The position numbers and the translations under genes were made by a program. The notes beneath the pieces are model-generated. The model searched no databases, was not told where the DNA came from, and saw only the letters and a program-made list of their open reading frames with translations. From Psammoneis japonica (taxonomy: Eukaryota), in contig QPGO01000005.1 in the NCBI GenBank assembly GCA_008632985.1, forward strand, positions 765,607 to 829,606: DNA of 64,000 nucleotides, read 5' to 3'. The number at the start of each line of letters is the position of its first letter. The stretch's first letter is position 1. Positions 34,601-47,000 of this stretch are shown piece by piece.

Positions 34601-37600
34601 GAGAGAAGATGAGATGCACAACCAGCTGCCTTTAGAGCATGGAAGCAAGGAAGACAGCAATGACCTTGTTCCATCGACTTCCAATGCATTGGATGGGGTG
34701 GTGCAGCTCCAGATGATCAGAGCTTGAAGCAAGCATTGCTGGGCTGACAGCTGACATCCCAGAGGTTGTGTTGCTGTTGATGTTGTCAAGTGACTCAAAT
34801 GCAATGTGTCAGAGACAGAGTGCAGTGAACAGCTCAACATTTTGGGAATGCCTCTGCTGCATTGTGGTTTGAAAATTGCACTTTTTTGGCTTTCCTGCCA
34901 CCTTTCCTCCTGGCTTCACCTTGACACATGTTGTGTCAGAGTGCAAACCTCAGTCCTGAGCATCACTCAGAGGAAGCTCAGAACTTTGCACTCTTGGGCC
35001 ATTTGGCAGCGCAGCACTCCACAAGATGCTTTGGGTTGGCTGTGCTCTTTGTGGTCTGCAGAGTGGTGGTGCAATCTCAACAGGAGGAGCTGTCATGAGT
35101 GGGTCATGAGCAGAGTGTTTGTGACTTGTCTTGGGAGCACTGAGTGCCAAGCTTGTGTGGACAATGCTGTTTTTGGAGCAGCCCACCAGACACGCTTTTC
35201 CCAGACATCAACATGGTGGGACAACAGCTGTGCTTTCAAGTGACAGCAAGCCTTTGGAGCAAGGCTGTTGCTGCAGTCAAGTTGGTGCATTGAATTTGTT
35301 GAGTGTGCTGGCAACATTGTCCTTGAAGCAGCAACTTTCTCGCTGCTCTCCATCTGGGTTTGATGCATCTTGTCACAGCCATGTGAAAATTCTTGCTTTG
35401 AGTCCTTCTTCTTCTGCCACAATGACTGCAGTGTCCAAACACCAGCGGAGCTTGTCATGTGCGCACAAAGCATTGCCCCTTCATTGTGCCTGCTCTGCAT
35501 TTCAAGGATGAACAAGTGCGAATGGAGGGAACGTCAAAACAAGATTGTGTTTGTCAAATCCTCCTTGTCACTTTCACATGCCAGCTTGCCCAATCTGACA
35601 ACATGGTGTGGGAATGCCAGGTTGTTGAAAGGCCGCCAGATGGCCACCCCAGCCCTGCCAGTGAATTGCCAGAATGTGCACCAAGAACATTGGAGCCACA
35701 CTCTCCTTGTGTTCTGACTCCACATTTTCATTTTTTTGCAGCACATTTCCAATTTTCCATGCTGACATCAAAGCAAAGAGGGGTTGGTCCATTGACCTGC
35801 ATGGGCCTTGAGCAGAGTTTTCAAATCCTTGTCTCTTTTTCATGCTGGCTTGCACAATCTGATGATGCAGCACAGGAACACCCAGTTGTTGAAATGCCAC
35901 CAGAGGGCCAACCCCAGCCCTGCCAGCAAATTGCCAGATGCAATGGATTGCACACCAATGGTGTTCTTGGAGCTGTTGTCATTTGTGGTTGGACTCCATG
36001 ATCATGTCATTTTTCTGCTCAGCACATTTCCAATTTCCCCATCCAACATCAAAGTCGGGGGTTGGCCCATTGACCTCCATGGATCTTGAGCAGATGCAAG
36101 CTGAGTCTCATGCTGTCAACATCCCAGCCATGCCTTGCACACATTTTGTTCCAAAGAACACAAGTTGTGGGGCAGAACCAGCTTTTGCTTGAACCTTCTT
36201 GGCATGTGAACAAAGACTTGCTGCAGTGCAGCTTCAAGCCAGGTGATCTGCATTTCCATGATGTGAGAAACAAAGATGAAAGCAAGGTCAGCAAACAAAC
36301 CTTGGCAAGTCTTTGGTGTGAAGAAAAGCTTGCTGACATGCCTGGAGTTGGAATCAAAAAATGCTCCCATGCATTTGTGAGTTCCTGCTGGTGCACAAAA
36401 CAACAAGCAGCTGTGAGTCTCTGGTGGCAGCTCATGATCCTTGCAGATCTTTGCATGACAAGACCAGCCAGTGGCTTGAAGGAGCCCAGGGAAGTGTCTC
36501 AATGGAACAGGGTTGACTTGTTTTCCCCTCTTTTTCTCAACTGAAATGAGAGGGGCAACGTCCTCCTCTGCTGCTGGACTGTTGTCAGCAGCCACATCTA
36601 GAACATCCAGAGCATCAGGCTCCTCAGCTGCAGCTCCAAAAATTGCTTCCTCTTTTTCATGCACAGCCATTGCAGGATTGTTCATGGCATCAGCACAACA
36701 GGCTCAGCTGTGGGTTTGTCCACTGCAGCAGCAGGAACACCCGCCTCCATGCATCAACTGGTGCACTTTGCTCTTCCACAGCAAGCTCATTCAAGGCACC
36801 CCAAGGCTCTTCAATGTCATTGTTGGCTTCAGGAACTGCTTCCTCCACAGCAATTGGGTTGTTGTCCATGGCCTGAGCCAGCTCAACGGCCATTGCAGTT
36901 CACACCCAGCCGCCCCAGTGATCAAACTGAGGACCCGAGTCTCAGCAAACAGTGCTTTCTTCTTGCCCCAATTCAAATTCAAGCAGCACCACAGCCAACA
37001 ATTCATGATCATTTAAAAAGAGCATCACACGGGTGTGACAAGGGATTTGAGGAAAGAGCAGGTGTGCTGGTTGGAGTCGGAGCAGCATCGCCAATTGTGC
37101 AAGAAACAACAGCATCCACGGCAACGCAAATTTCACAGGAATGCTGTTGAAGCAGGGGAGCCAGTGCATGGTCCATGGAACCTCACAAACTTTAAGAGCA
37201 GCTGCAGCAGCATCACATGCTTGATTGTCAATGTCCGCAGCTCCTCAGCGGCACAAGAAACAACAAACATTGGCGCCAATCAACTTCAGTGAGGAGCACA
37301 TGAATGTCACATGTCACAGCATGCAAAGCACCAAGAAGGAAAACTTTTACAGACCACATGGACAAAGGTCACAAGAGCATGAATCATGTGGCGAGTCTTG
37401 GTCTTCACAGCAATGTGCACGCACCGCTGTGGGTCGCTGCTTCCCAAAGGAAGCCACGCTCATGATGCGGCTGTGGTTCTGCTTGCCATGAAACAGGCAC
37501 AGCAGGAGATTCACAAAGAGTGTGATTGGTGCAAAGTGTGCAACCATGATGGGGGTAACAGCATGAGCAAAGACAGATTGGCGACAGCGTGTGTTTCAAC

Positions 37601-37620
37601 GCAACAACACTTGAAATCGT
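31631..37620. mobile_element. Unclassified, heavily mutated repeat/transposon relic(s)
   Basis: About 6 kb with near absence of TpA and CpG and only spurious Cys/His/Gln-rich ORFs. Begins at the inverted copy of the 29809-29854 sequence. Confidence 0.5.
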
Positions 37621-38069
37621 GTGGTGAGCCAAGACGGTCGCTCGTTGCTCCATTCGTGAATGCGTACCGTAGAAAATGTGCTGGAGAAACCCGTGGAAAA
37701 TCCGACGCAGTCCCGCTCACGCTTTTCGAATTTCGCGGGATGCTTGCACGTTTGCGCTGCGTTCTACTCCTACTAGCTAGCAATCGTAGATGTATTCGAG
37801 GAAAATGTGTTTTAGGTTTAGATGGATCGTTGCTTTCATTCACAATGAATGTCATCTAGTGTAGGGATCGGCATCTCCGAGATGCAGCATTTACAATGAG
37901 AATGGGATAAATTAGCGGCAGTTCAGTTGTTGAGAGCCAACACTGACGGCACCACAAGCAATTCCTGGAATATCAAATAAAGTATTTATAATGCATAAGC
38001 TAACTTCCTAGACTAAGCTTTCGTGGCAGCTCTGACAAGGAATTGGTCGGAGAGCGGTGTCCGGCCACT

Positions 38070-40023
38070 CTACTGATACCGCTCACAAAAGAGCTTGTGG
38101 TGGCGGCCAAACTCATCGATTGCCCTATAGAGCTGCTCCTCGGGTGGGAGAAAAGTTGTACGGAATCCAACACGTCCCTGCTTCTGTCCAAAACCAGAGG
38201 CAGGCACGACACAGATTCCCGTTTCTTCCAAGAGGGACAATGCATAAAGGGTATCCGGCGTTTGCTTGTTGGCCTTAGCTTTCTCTAGAGCCATGGGTGG
38301 GAGGTCGAGTTTGGGAAATGCATACATGGCACCCTCGGCTGGCTGGCACTCAATTCCTTCAATGCTGTTGAGACCGTCCACCAGAGCATGCGCACGCTTT
38401 CCAAGACTTTCAAATATTTTCCCTTCTTCCTTCATGAACAAATCGTACGACTCGTCGCCCGGAGCGGGTCCTCTCACCATTAGAGAGGTGACGATTTGTC
38501 CCGCCGTGCAGGAACAAAGGCCACTCGATGCAAGTTTGTAGATTTGAGATTGCACGTAGGGATCGATATTGTGTAGTTCCATGTAACCACCACGTCTGCC
38601 GCATTCACCAATCTGCAAGAAGGAGATACAAGCGATGACACAAACAAAAGGCATGAGATGTTTAATCCATACGAGTCAATCAAGTGTATCCACCAGAGAC
38701 CGAATCACCACCGAAAGCTTACCAGTCCCTTGCTCGTAGAATGAAAACTGATCAGTTGAAGTGACTCGCAACCCTTTGTCTCGGTGGCTACCTTTTTGGC
38801 ACTGATAAACTCTTTATTAGGCGCGTATACGTTCTTCTGGTAAACTTCATCCGCCATCAAGACAATGCCGTTGTCGGCGCAAAACTTGCAGATCGTTTCC
38901 AAATCACTACGCTGCATGACTTGTCCAGTAGGATTACCAGGGTTGATCAAGGCAAGTCCCTTGACCGTCAATCCCTGATCTTTGGCTTCTTCTAATCGCT
39001 TCAGAAGTTCGTGTTGTGTAACTCCCCATCCAATGCTCTCTTCCAACTCGTAACCAAGCTGCCGACCACCAAGTCTTGTGATAAGAGCCGAATAAATGGG
39101 ATATTGCGGAATAGGAATCATAATGGCGTCCCTATTGCACGAAATGAGTCCTTCAAGAATCAATTCAATTCCACTGCTCGCTCCGTTGGTAAGAAAGATA
39201 TCACCGGGAAAGGCTGGATGTCCATCTCGCTCGGCAATAAAGTCTGCCACATGCTGTCGAATTCCAGCTACACCCTGTGAATGCGTGTATGCTCCGGTCC
39301 CACCAATTCCCATTAGGTCTCGGAGTTCCCGTGCGCGCTCCAGCACGTCCTTGGGAAACAGCTGAGACGCAATCGGATGGTCCACACCCACTTCTGCGGG
39401 CAAATCACAGAGACTTAAAACCTGACGATAGTACGTAATGGGTTTCTGTCCGACCGCATGGGGATTGCCAATGTTGGTGTATATGATCTCCTTGCCTTCA
39501 CTGGCTAGTTTTTCTGCCGCCATGACTACCTCTCCACGAACCGCATATTGCATACGACGGAGTGCTTGACACATTGTGGATTCATTCCACGTGTACACTT
39601 CTTGTTTTTGCTGCTGGGCCCGTCGTTCTCCGATATGAGGAGATTCTTCATAAAGAGGATGATACAGGCATCCACTACATGCTGCGTACTGGAAATGAGC
39701 CATTCTTGGAATTCGTTGAAATCAAGAGGATGGTCTTCGGCTCGGTGATCAAGGAGATGAAGTGCCTTGATGAGAACATCCGACCGCTCGACGGCCTCGA
39801 CAAAGGTCTTGACGTCACTTTTCGACAGCTTTCCATCGTGGTCCTTGTCGATGGATCCAAACAGATCCCTCGAACCGCGTCCCGTGGCGAGGTAGGATTC
39901 CCACGTTTTCTTTTGGACTTCGGAAAAACTGCGTTTCTGAGGCATATTAAGCGATAGGAGACGAGATAATGCGGCGGGAGCAGAACGACGCAACTGAGAT
40001 CGAATCGGGGTGGAGAGCATCAT
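38070..40023 (-). CDS. ALAAT: Alanine aminotransferase (class I PLP) with N-terminal targeting peptide and EF-hand
   Basis: 'MQYAVRGE', 'NIGNPH', 'GAYTHSQG', 'INPGNPTG', 'ADEVYQ', 'FHSTSKGL|IGECGRRGGY' (intron 38722-38613), 'VPASGFGQ'. EF-hand loop DKDHDGKLSKSD. One frameshift near 39660-39690. Confidence 0.92.
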
Positions 40024-40362
40024 GGTAAGGATTTGTGTGTGTCTCTCTCTTTTATGGTTTGATGGCTAATGGCTGATGGCTTTGGATTTCAGCTTTAGCT
40101 TTGGGCTTCGCATTTTTTGTTTTTTTTCTTTGGATCTTGTCTTTTCGTCGTCCGTGCTACCGTTCGCGGTGCAATCTCAAAAAAGATTTTTGGAATTTCA
40201 TTGTTAGTATAATGCTCGGTTAATATATTCAACGTTTTTATAACCAGATGCATAATAGACTATTGCCCTTTCATTTGACTCAACGGATGAAATTATTTAA
40301 GTTGCGCGACTGGTTTCCATGACTTGACATCGAAATTCACACATTCACACAACCCCGTCACC

Positions 40363-41160
40363 ATGACTTCTTCCGATGGCTGTAGCTACCCCCATGGCCT
40401 CCTTCAGACGGTGACGTTTCAGTTCTTGGTATTTGTTGGATGGTTTCTGTCCATGGCTGCAATCGGCGATTGCAAATTTGTCACCATCTCCACGGGCAAT
40501 TTGATAAACGATGACGAGGTTGCAAATCTCGTTCCTGGTGACAGGGGGGCTGGCTTTGTCATTTTTGAAAAACTAAATGGAAACTGCTTCTATGATCTTG
40601 GAGGAGATCTGTTGGATCTCTACGTAGATGACTTTTTGGGATCAGACTGGCGTGCCGCGAGGGCGTTGGGGGCTACAGCTGCTATCCTGGCGTTTGTCAT
40701 GTTTATTTGGTCGCTCATGTTCATCTGCGTACCCCATCCAAAGATTCTGCGATATGTGGTTGCCAGTTTCCTACTAATCATTACGCTTTTCCAAGGTCTG
40801 ACCTTCATGGTACTTGGTTCTGGTTTCTGTGATACCTATGATTGCAAGTTTAGTCGCAGTGCAGGTCTCAGTGTTGGAGCCTTGCTGTGTTTCTTTATAT
40901 GTGCTGTAGCTGTATGCATGATGCGGGATGAAGAAAAATATGATGAAGAACCTGTCGTTGCGAGCGATCCATATGGTGACACTGCGGAAAAGGAAGAACC
41001 GATGGAGCAAGATGTCGCTGAGGAAGACAAGCTATCAAGCGAGGAAGATGCGGCGGATGAACTGGACGAGGCAATGGGAGACACTGAAGAGGGAGCTGCG
41101 GAAGTAGCGCAAGATGAGCCCAAGGAGAAGAAGAAGTGGTGGAAGTTTGGGAAGAAGTAA
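40363..41160 (+). CDS. Four-transmembrane (claudin/tetraspan-like) membrane protein with acidic tail
   Basis: Four hydrophobic segments, Cys-containing loops, D/E-rich tail ending KKKWWKFGKK. Paralog at 60894-61664. Confidence 0.8.
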   Translation: MTSSDGCSYPHGLLQTVTFQFLVFVGWFLSMAAIGDCKFVTISTGNLINDDEVANLVPGDRGAGFVIFEKLNGNCFYDLGGDLLDLYVDDFLGSDWRAARALGATAAILAFVMFIWSLMFICVPHPKILRYVVASFLLIITLFQGLTFMVLGSGFCDTYDCKFSRSAGLSVGALLCFFICAVAVCMMRDEEKYDEEPVVASDPYGDTAEKEEPMEQDVAEEDKLSSEEDAADELDEAMGDTEEGAAEVAQDEPKEKKKWWKFGKK

Positions 41161-41592
41161 AAGTGAATTTATCTCACTTTGGTCCAGGGATTCTCGTTTT
41201 GAGAAAATAGTGAAATTTAAAATGTGATTCTTCTTTTCGTTCAACGCGATATCGTCTCTAATAAATGCAGTAGGTCAACGCTATAGATTATTTCCGACAG
41301 GATACTATTGTCGTAGCAAACATCCAGTGCCCACCTTGTGAAAGATATAAATCAAAATGTTGAAAGAAATAAGACACAGAGATTCGTTCTCCGATCGACC
41401 GACGGCGAACGCACCACTCAACGCATGTCGCGGCGCGGCGGCGCGGCGCCGGATGCATACCGATAATAGCGGAGGCGAGGGGAGAGGGGAAGCATATTAA
41501 GGTTCTTTAGCAATGGCGTACCTGTCGTTTCTCGATTGGCCATACCTCTGACTGACCTTTGTAGACTGGCTTCCTCTCGGGTTATCCAAAAA

Positions 41593-42777
41593 ATGGCAAA
41601 GACACGACAAAGAGGAGGGGCAGCAGAAGTATCGTTGCGTGGCTTGTTTAAAGTATTTGGAGCGATTTGTTTGGTGTGCACCGTCACCACCTTCATCGCA
41701 TTTAACCAGCATGTTTCGAGCGTACCGATGTCGAACTTGCTGCCATCAGGAATCTACCTGACCAGTGACAGTCACGCATATTCCAAACAATTGTTGGGAT
41801 TTTCTTTGTCTCGAGACATAGCAATAGCCGACGCTCTAAGCGATAACAACACCATTGTGGAGGGAAAAGAAGGGATTCTAAAGTTATTGCTACAGGCAGG
41901 GATTGAGCATATGGACTTGCTATCACTGCAACAGCTACCTACGAAAGCTCTTATCGAAGAAGTATACGGTGATGCTCCTGTCGTTCTTGGCCTTGAACAA
42001 TGTCATGATTTTCAGTCGCGAATTTCACCAGAGGAAGCATTCGTGGCACCTGCCGGGATATTCAACTCGGGGACCAACATTCTTTATACACTCTTGAGTG
42101 GAAACTGTCAAATGCCGAAAAGCAAATTTGGTGTTCAGTGGCAAGTTTCTTGGGGCAAGCACATGTTGGCAGAGCGCATGCACAGCAATACCGCAAGTGG
42201 CTATGAAATCGTCAACAAAAGCAACGTCATGCCTGTCGTCATTGTTCGTGATCCTTATACATGGATGAAGAGCATGTGCAAGCATCCATATTCCGTCATG
42301 TGGCATCATTCGAAAGAGCACTGTCCGAATCTCGTACCAAATGCTCACGACTACAAGCTGTACAAATTTCCAGGAAGAAACATACCAGTGAGAATCAAGC
42401 CATGGGGAAAGCCGGCCCCGGTGTGGAATTCTTTGGCACACTTGTGGTCGGATTGGTACCAACAATATCACGACTTTGATGGAAAGTCACGCTTGATTGT
42501 ACGATTTGAGGACTTGATTTTCTCTCCGCAGCAAGTAGTGGAACAAGTCTGTAGGTGCGTCGGCGGCATTCCGTTTGACGATTTCCGTCTTCTGCCTAGC
42601 AGCGCAAAAGTAGGAAAAGGGCATGGCGACAAAACCTCCTTGGTGGGAGCCATGACCCAGTATGGACCTGCGATGAAACGAACGGACGGATACACAAAGG
42701 ATGATTTGAAGTTAGCACACGAAGCGCTCAACGCGGCACTTATGAATGCTCTAAAATACAAGCGTCCTCTGGAGTAG
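41593..42777 (+). CDS. Type II membrane sulfotransferase-like protein (P-loop fold)
   Basis: N-terminal TM anchor. 'AGIFNSGTN' (5'-PSB-like), 'WGKH', 'IVRDPYTWMKS' (3'-PB-like), 'IVRFEDL'. Confidence 0.78.
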   Translation: MAKTRQRGGAAEVSLRGLFKVFGAICLVCTVTTFIAFNQHVSSVPMSNLLPSGIYLTSDSHAYSKQLLGFSLSRDIAIADALSDNNTIVEGKEGILKLLLQAGIEHMDLLSLQQLPTKALIEEVYGDAPVVLGLEQCHDFQSRISPEEAFVAPAGIFNSGTNILYTLLSGNCQMPKSKFGVQWQVSWGKHMLAERMHSNTASGYEIVNKSNVMPVVIVRDPYTWMKSMCKHPYSVMWHHSKEHCPNLVPNAHDYKLYKFPGRNIPVRIKPWGKPAPVWNSLAHLWSDWYQQYHDFDGKSRLIVRFEDLIFSPQQVVEQVCRCVGGIPFDDFRLLPSSAKVGKGHGDKTSLVGAMTQYGPAMKRTDGYTKDDLKLAHEALNAALMNALKYKRPLE

Positions 42778-43559
42778 GTTCTCGGATGTTAGTTATCTTT
42801 CGGTAACAGCAGAATATTGGCATTCCACCTTGGTTATTGCCTGTTTATGGATGACAAGTTATTCGCTACCAAACTTGGAGTTTGTAGAATACTATGGGGC
42901 TACAGTATTCGCAGACCTCGATTGCTCGTAGTTTTACCTACAGATACATGTCAGATCAGTTTGTTCTACTGTAGCAATGTTATCGAGGTACGGTTGGTGG
43001 CAGGTATAGCACATTGTGATAGGTGCTATGGATAGGATAATTCGTGGTTGGTCCACCTTTCGGTTCAATTGACGTGCCGCAATCTCGAGTCTTGGTGGAA
43101 CAGAGTGATTCAGAACAAGGTCTAGATCTGAAATAGGTTCAAGATGGCTCTTGCTTTCAAAATTTTTGAGGGGGTTCGACTTCAGGATTCTTCCCATCAC
43201 ATGAAGTTGACGTTGCCAACTTTGCAATACCGTCGTCGGATGAATGAATCTAAATGGGCGGACACGAAAGTTCATCATACCAGTGACAATTCACTTCAAC
43301 CCCAAAAGACGTCTTGTACCAACTTGCCCGTATGGCTTGGTATTGTGGGCAGGGGTTGACGACGAGGATCGCACAGGTATTCGGACCTGTAGTGAACCTC
43401 GATTTCTAAGCGTCACCCCTGACACTGGTCCTATCGATCTTGCCGCTACCGAGACGAGTGGAGCTGTGCGCCGAAGTTTCTCAGATGTGGGCCCCTATAT
43501 GAAGTCTATCAGAACTACAGGAATGCACAGAAAGCCTTGGAAGAACATACACCAGTAGC

Positions 43560-44067
43560 TTATTTGAAGCACGGCATGAACCTGCGACAGACTTGCTGGA
43601 AGCAGCAGCGTAGCCATATCGAGTACATGACTAATGCCAACTTCGACGAAGTCATCCAATGCTCTCTCAGTGAAGTGGACTACGGAATCTTGGAGTACTC
43701 GTGCAAAAAGGATGTGGTGCTCTTGGCAAAGGTGCCGGGTTTGCTGCAGCCACCCGAGCTGCCTGTGCTGTACCGGCAAATCGGGGGAAACAGTATGACG
43801 GGGAAGGGGTGGGAAAAGCACAGTTTGAAAATATCTTGCGAGAACAGATGTCGCAACATGACAAGGGAAGAAAAGGTTCGTTCCGAGTGGCTCCTAGCAA
43901 TGGTAGATCCCATCGAAGTGCGGCTTTCGTCGATTCTCTTTTCTTTCCTTATTCATCTTACGATGCATCCTTATTTGAAGCCAGGCACGAACCTGTGACA
44001 GACTCGCTGGAAGCAGCACCGTGGCCTTATCTTGGACATGACTAATGCTACCTTGCTTCGACGAAGT
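43560..44067. repeat. Diverged ~95-bp direct repeat
   Basis: 'ttatttgaagc...gaacctg.gacagact.gctggaagcagca...catgactaatgc...cttcgacgaagt' at about 43560-43652 and 43971-44067. Confidence 0.75.
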
Positions 44068-47000
44068 GCTTTCGAAGAAAGGCAAGCGTCATTCTTCAAC
44101 TCTTTCAACTTGACACATCTTGTGATTTGCCTTGTTGGACTCGATAAAGCTTGAAGGTAGATACAATTGATATTCGGATGGCGCTTGACGGAGCACTTCA
44201 GCCGGTATGCTGCTACAACGAGGACGATTAGATATCAAGGCTCGATACATGTGACAGCTTTGCATTTTACTCATGCTTTCAGGCCTTGAGATAGCTTCTG
44301 AAAAGGAATCGCGCCAGACGGAGAAATCTCGCTTTCTTCGTACGGGTACCGTACTCTAGAGAGCCATGACAGCACTGTAGCCGTACCATCTTCAACATGA
44401 ACCAGCAATTGATAACCTTGTAAATATGTAGACCCCCCTTGTTGCATTTCTCCATTCATATTCATCTGTCAAGAACGGAAATTAAAAACTGAAAAGAGAG
44501 TGTGAGTTATAAAGTATAACTCAGCGAGTAGATCAATACGAACGAACGATACAAACAGATCTTCAAACGCTGTGGGACGTGGAGAATATAGCTGATATAA
44601 CGGGCCGGCGACCCATAGGAGTATTAAACATACGGGGGATCAGATATGAGATGCTCAATGAGCAACTCAAGCGGTCTGAACCACCTTACAACCTTCACGA
44701 AAAAGGCTGCCCTTCGGGTTATCAAGCACACCGTCTTAGTCCACGACGTCTACAGGCGTTCAGCGTGCATTCAAAAAAGAAAGCAGGGGCTGGCCCTCAT
44801 ATGGTTCCTGCTTAAACAACCGTTGGACTAAAAAGTGCGTTGGTTGGCACCGGGTTACTGCCGTATTGGACGTTTACAAGCATTCAGCGCACACGCAAGA
44901 AGCGAGTTTGCTGGCAATCGTGGTGTATCTCCGTCGGAACCACGGACTACTTTGACAGGCAATCGTCATTTCGCCTCGAACCGACTTCCAAAGATATACG
45001 CAATCAAACGCACAGAGGAAAACCGTCAAGGACCCAAGCCTTCAGGTCTACATGGTAATCGTGTGCGGACGACATTCAATGACTTAACTCCAGCAGATCT
45101 AATTCACAACGAGAACGAGATGATCGACTCACCTTTAGCAGAGTTATGATGCAACCATGGCAGTAAAGGCAACGATGTATTTCAAAAGGTCGAATGGCGA
45201 TGTTTGTGTGCTTCGTGAACAATGAGCAAAATCGATTCTGAATTCACGTGTCCCGGGTTTGCCGTTTCAAAATTTTTGAAAATGTGGCGGGAAACCAACG
45301 GTTTTTCACTATCACATTTTGTGTATGGCTTGCACGAACCCCATGACGTCATTGATCGAGCTCCAAGCTCCAATAAGATTTCCTGCCTCCCCTTCGCCCT
45401 CCGGCCCAAATTAACACACCGCAATGACGCATGGCAGATTGTCAGCGCATCTTCTCCCATTCGTTCGCAGCACTACAGTACTGTTCATGTTCATACTCAC
45501 CATCTCACGACGATGAGGAATCGTTACGTTTCGAGAAATGGATGAAAATGGCCGTGCCTTTTTCGCTTTATCATCAGATTCAGTAGCCAACATCACCAGC
45601 AACACCGGCAGCTTCTCGCGAGATCATCAACTCTCATAACGGATACAATTTCGCCGCAACGCCATTAGTAAGTCATGCTGACGATCCCGTATTTACCACT
45701 GTTGGTCGAGAACCTGCCTTACCGAAAGTGAGTTTGTTGTGTCGTCACTCCTCAAGTCCGACGGTATAAAAAATAGATGCATTATTTGATTCTAGAACTC
45801 GCCGATCCTTCGTTGTTTTCTCTCGTTTCTCCAGGCAGAGTCAGCCCCAAGTTCTAAACTGTTGGGATGGAACCTAACGAACTTTAAAGGTGAGAATTTT
45901 TCGATCAGAAATCGCCTATCGTACAATTCATCACGTAGCAACTACACCACACTCATTTTCAGTTTGTACGCCAAAACAGAAACAACGATTGAATTAATTA
46001 CCAAGTACTTCATCGGACAAACGTGAAGACCCATCAACACTCCTTGGATCCAATAGTTTTTGCTAAGACTGCGGTGGTCTGGAAGAGACTCATTACCCTC
46101 AGTTCGACCAAGAAGTTCTTCTCCAGTCACATTGTTTGTTGATACCGGTCTGTGGCAAGGCTGAGTATGAACTTTGTTGTATAATAGATGAGTCACGGCG
46201 AGCGCCGCGAAGCATAAACAGTAAGTTCATGATCGATTTGTCACCCGGTGTCAAATGGATGGTTTTGACCGCTCCAACCGATCCGCAGTCATACAATACC
46301 TCCAGCCAACCAACAGGGAAACAATAATGTGGGGACGAAGAACTTGTGACGGAAACAAAAGAACAATCAATCGGAATGGATGGCATCAATAGCAAATTTG
46401 AGCGGACCCAGCGGCAGCTTCAAGATCTGTACTTCTCCGACCTCCCCGCTGACTTGATGCTCGTCTCTCACGCTGTTTCTTTCTCAAACTCTCCGACCCT
46501 TCTTCTCAACTCTCTCGAACTCTCAAATTCTTCTCTCTGTCGATAACACTACGACTCTGCTTCTTTTTCTTTCTCTTCCGTAAGGCACTCGAACATTCCC
46601 AATGCACTTCTACCCGCGATTCAAGATTTGTGCCGCCCATCGAATAACTCGTCCATCAGCGGAAGAAGATGCAAGATTCCCAAAGCTGTTATGAGCCGAG
46701 CCGATACAAGCACGGCCATCCGTAAAGAGGAATTCCCATGCTTGAACGCGTCTTTCTCCTCCCCGTTCCTCTTACCAACGTGCCAACTACTTCATTGTGC
46801 TGGCTTGTATCATCAGAAGGGTCTCTTCCTCCGAACGCACCACGGCTAGTGCTGTCTCGTGGATGGGATCGTCGCTTTCTGTATCAGACGCACGGTCATC
46901 CCGGAATGAGATATTCCCGTGTTGATATGGGACGGATGCATCATGGAATCAAGCACTTGATCCACAAGTATCACTTTTGGTGTTACATAAACGGCCGACA

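Noticed and set aside
22834..37620. Dozens of overlapping 60-280 aa Cys/His/Gln-rich ORFs on both strands
   Set aside because: They are a by-product of TpA loss, which removes TAA and TAG stops. No domain motifs and almost no Tyr.
31660..37620. hAT or other DDE transposase remnants
   Set aside because: Only vague resemblance. No catalytic motif can be supported after such heavy mutation.
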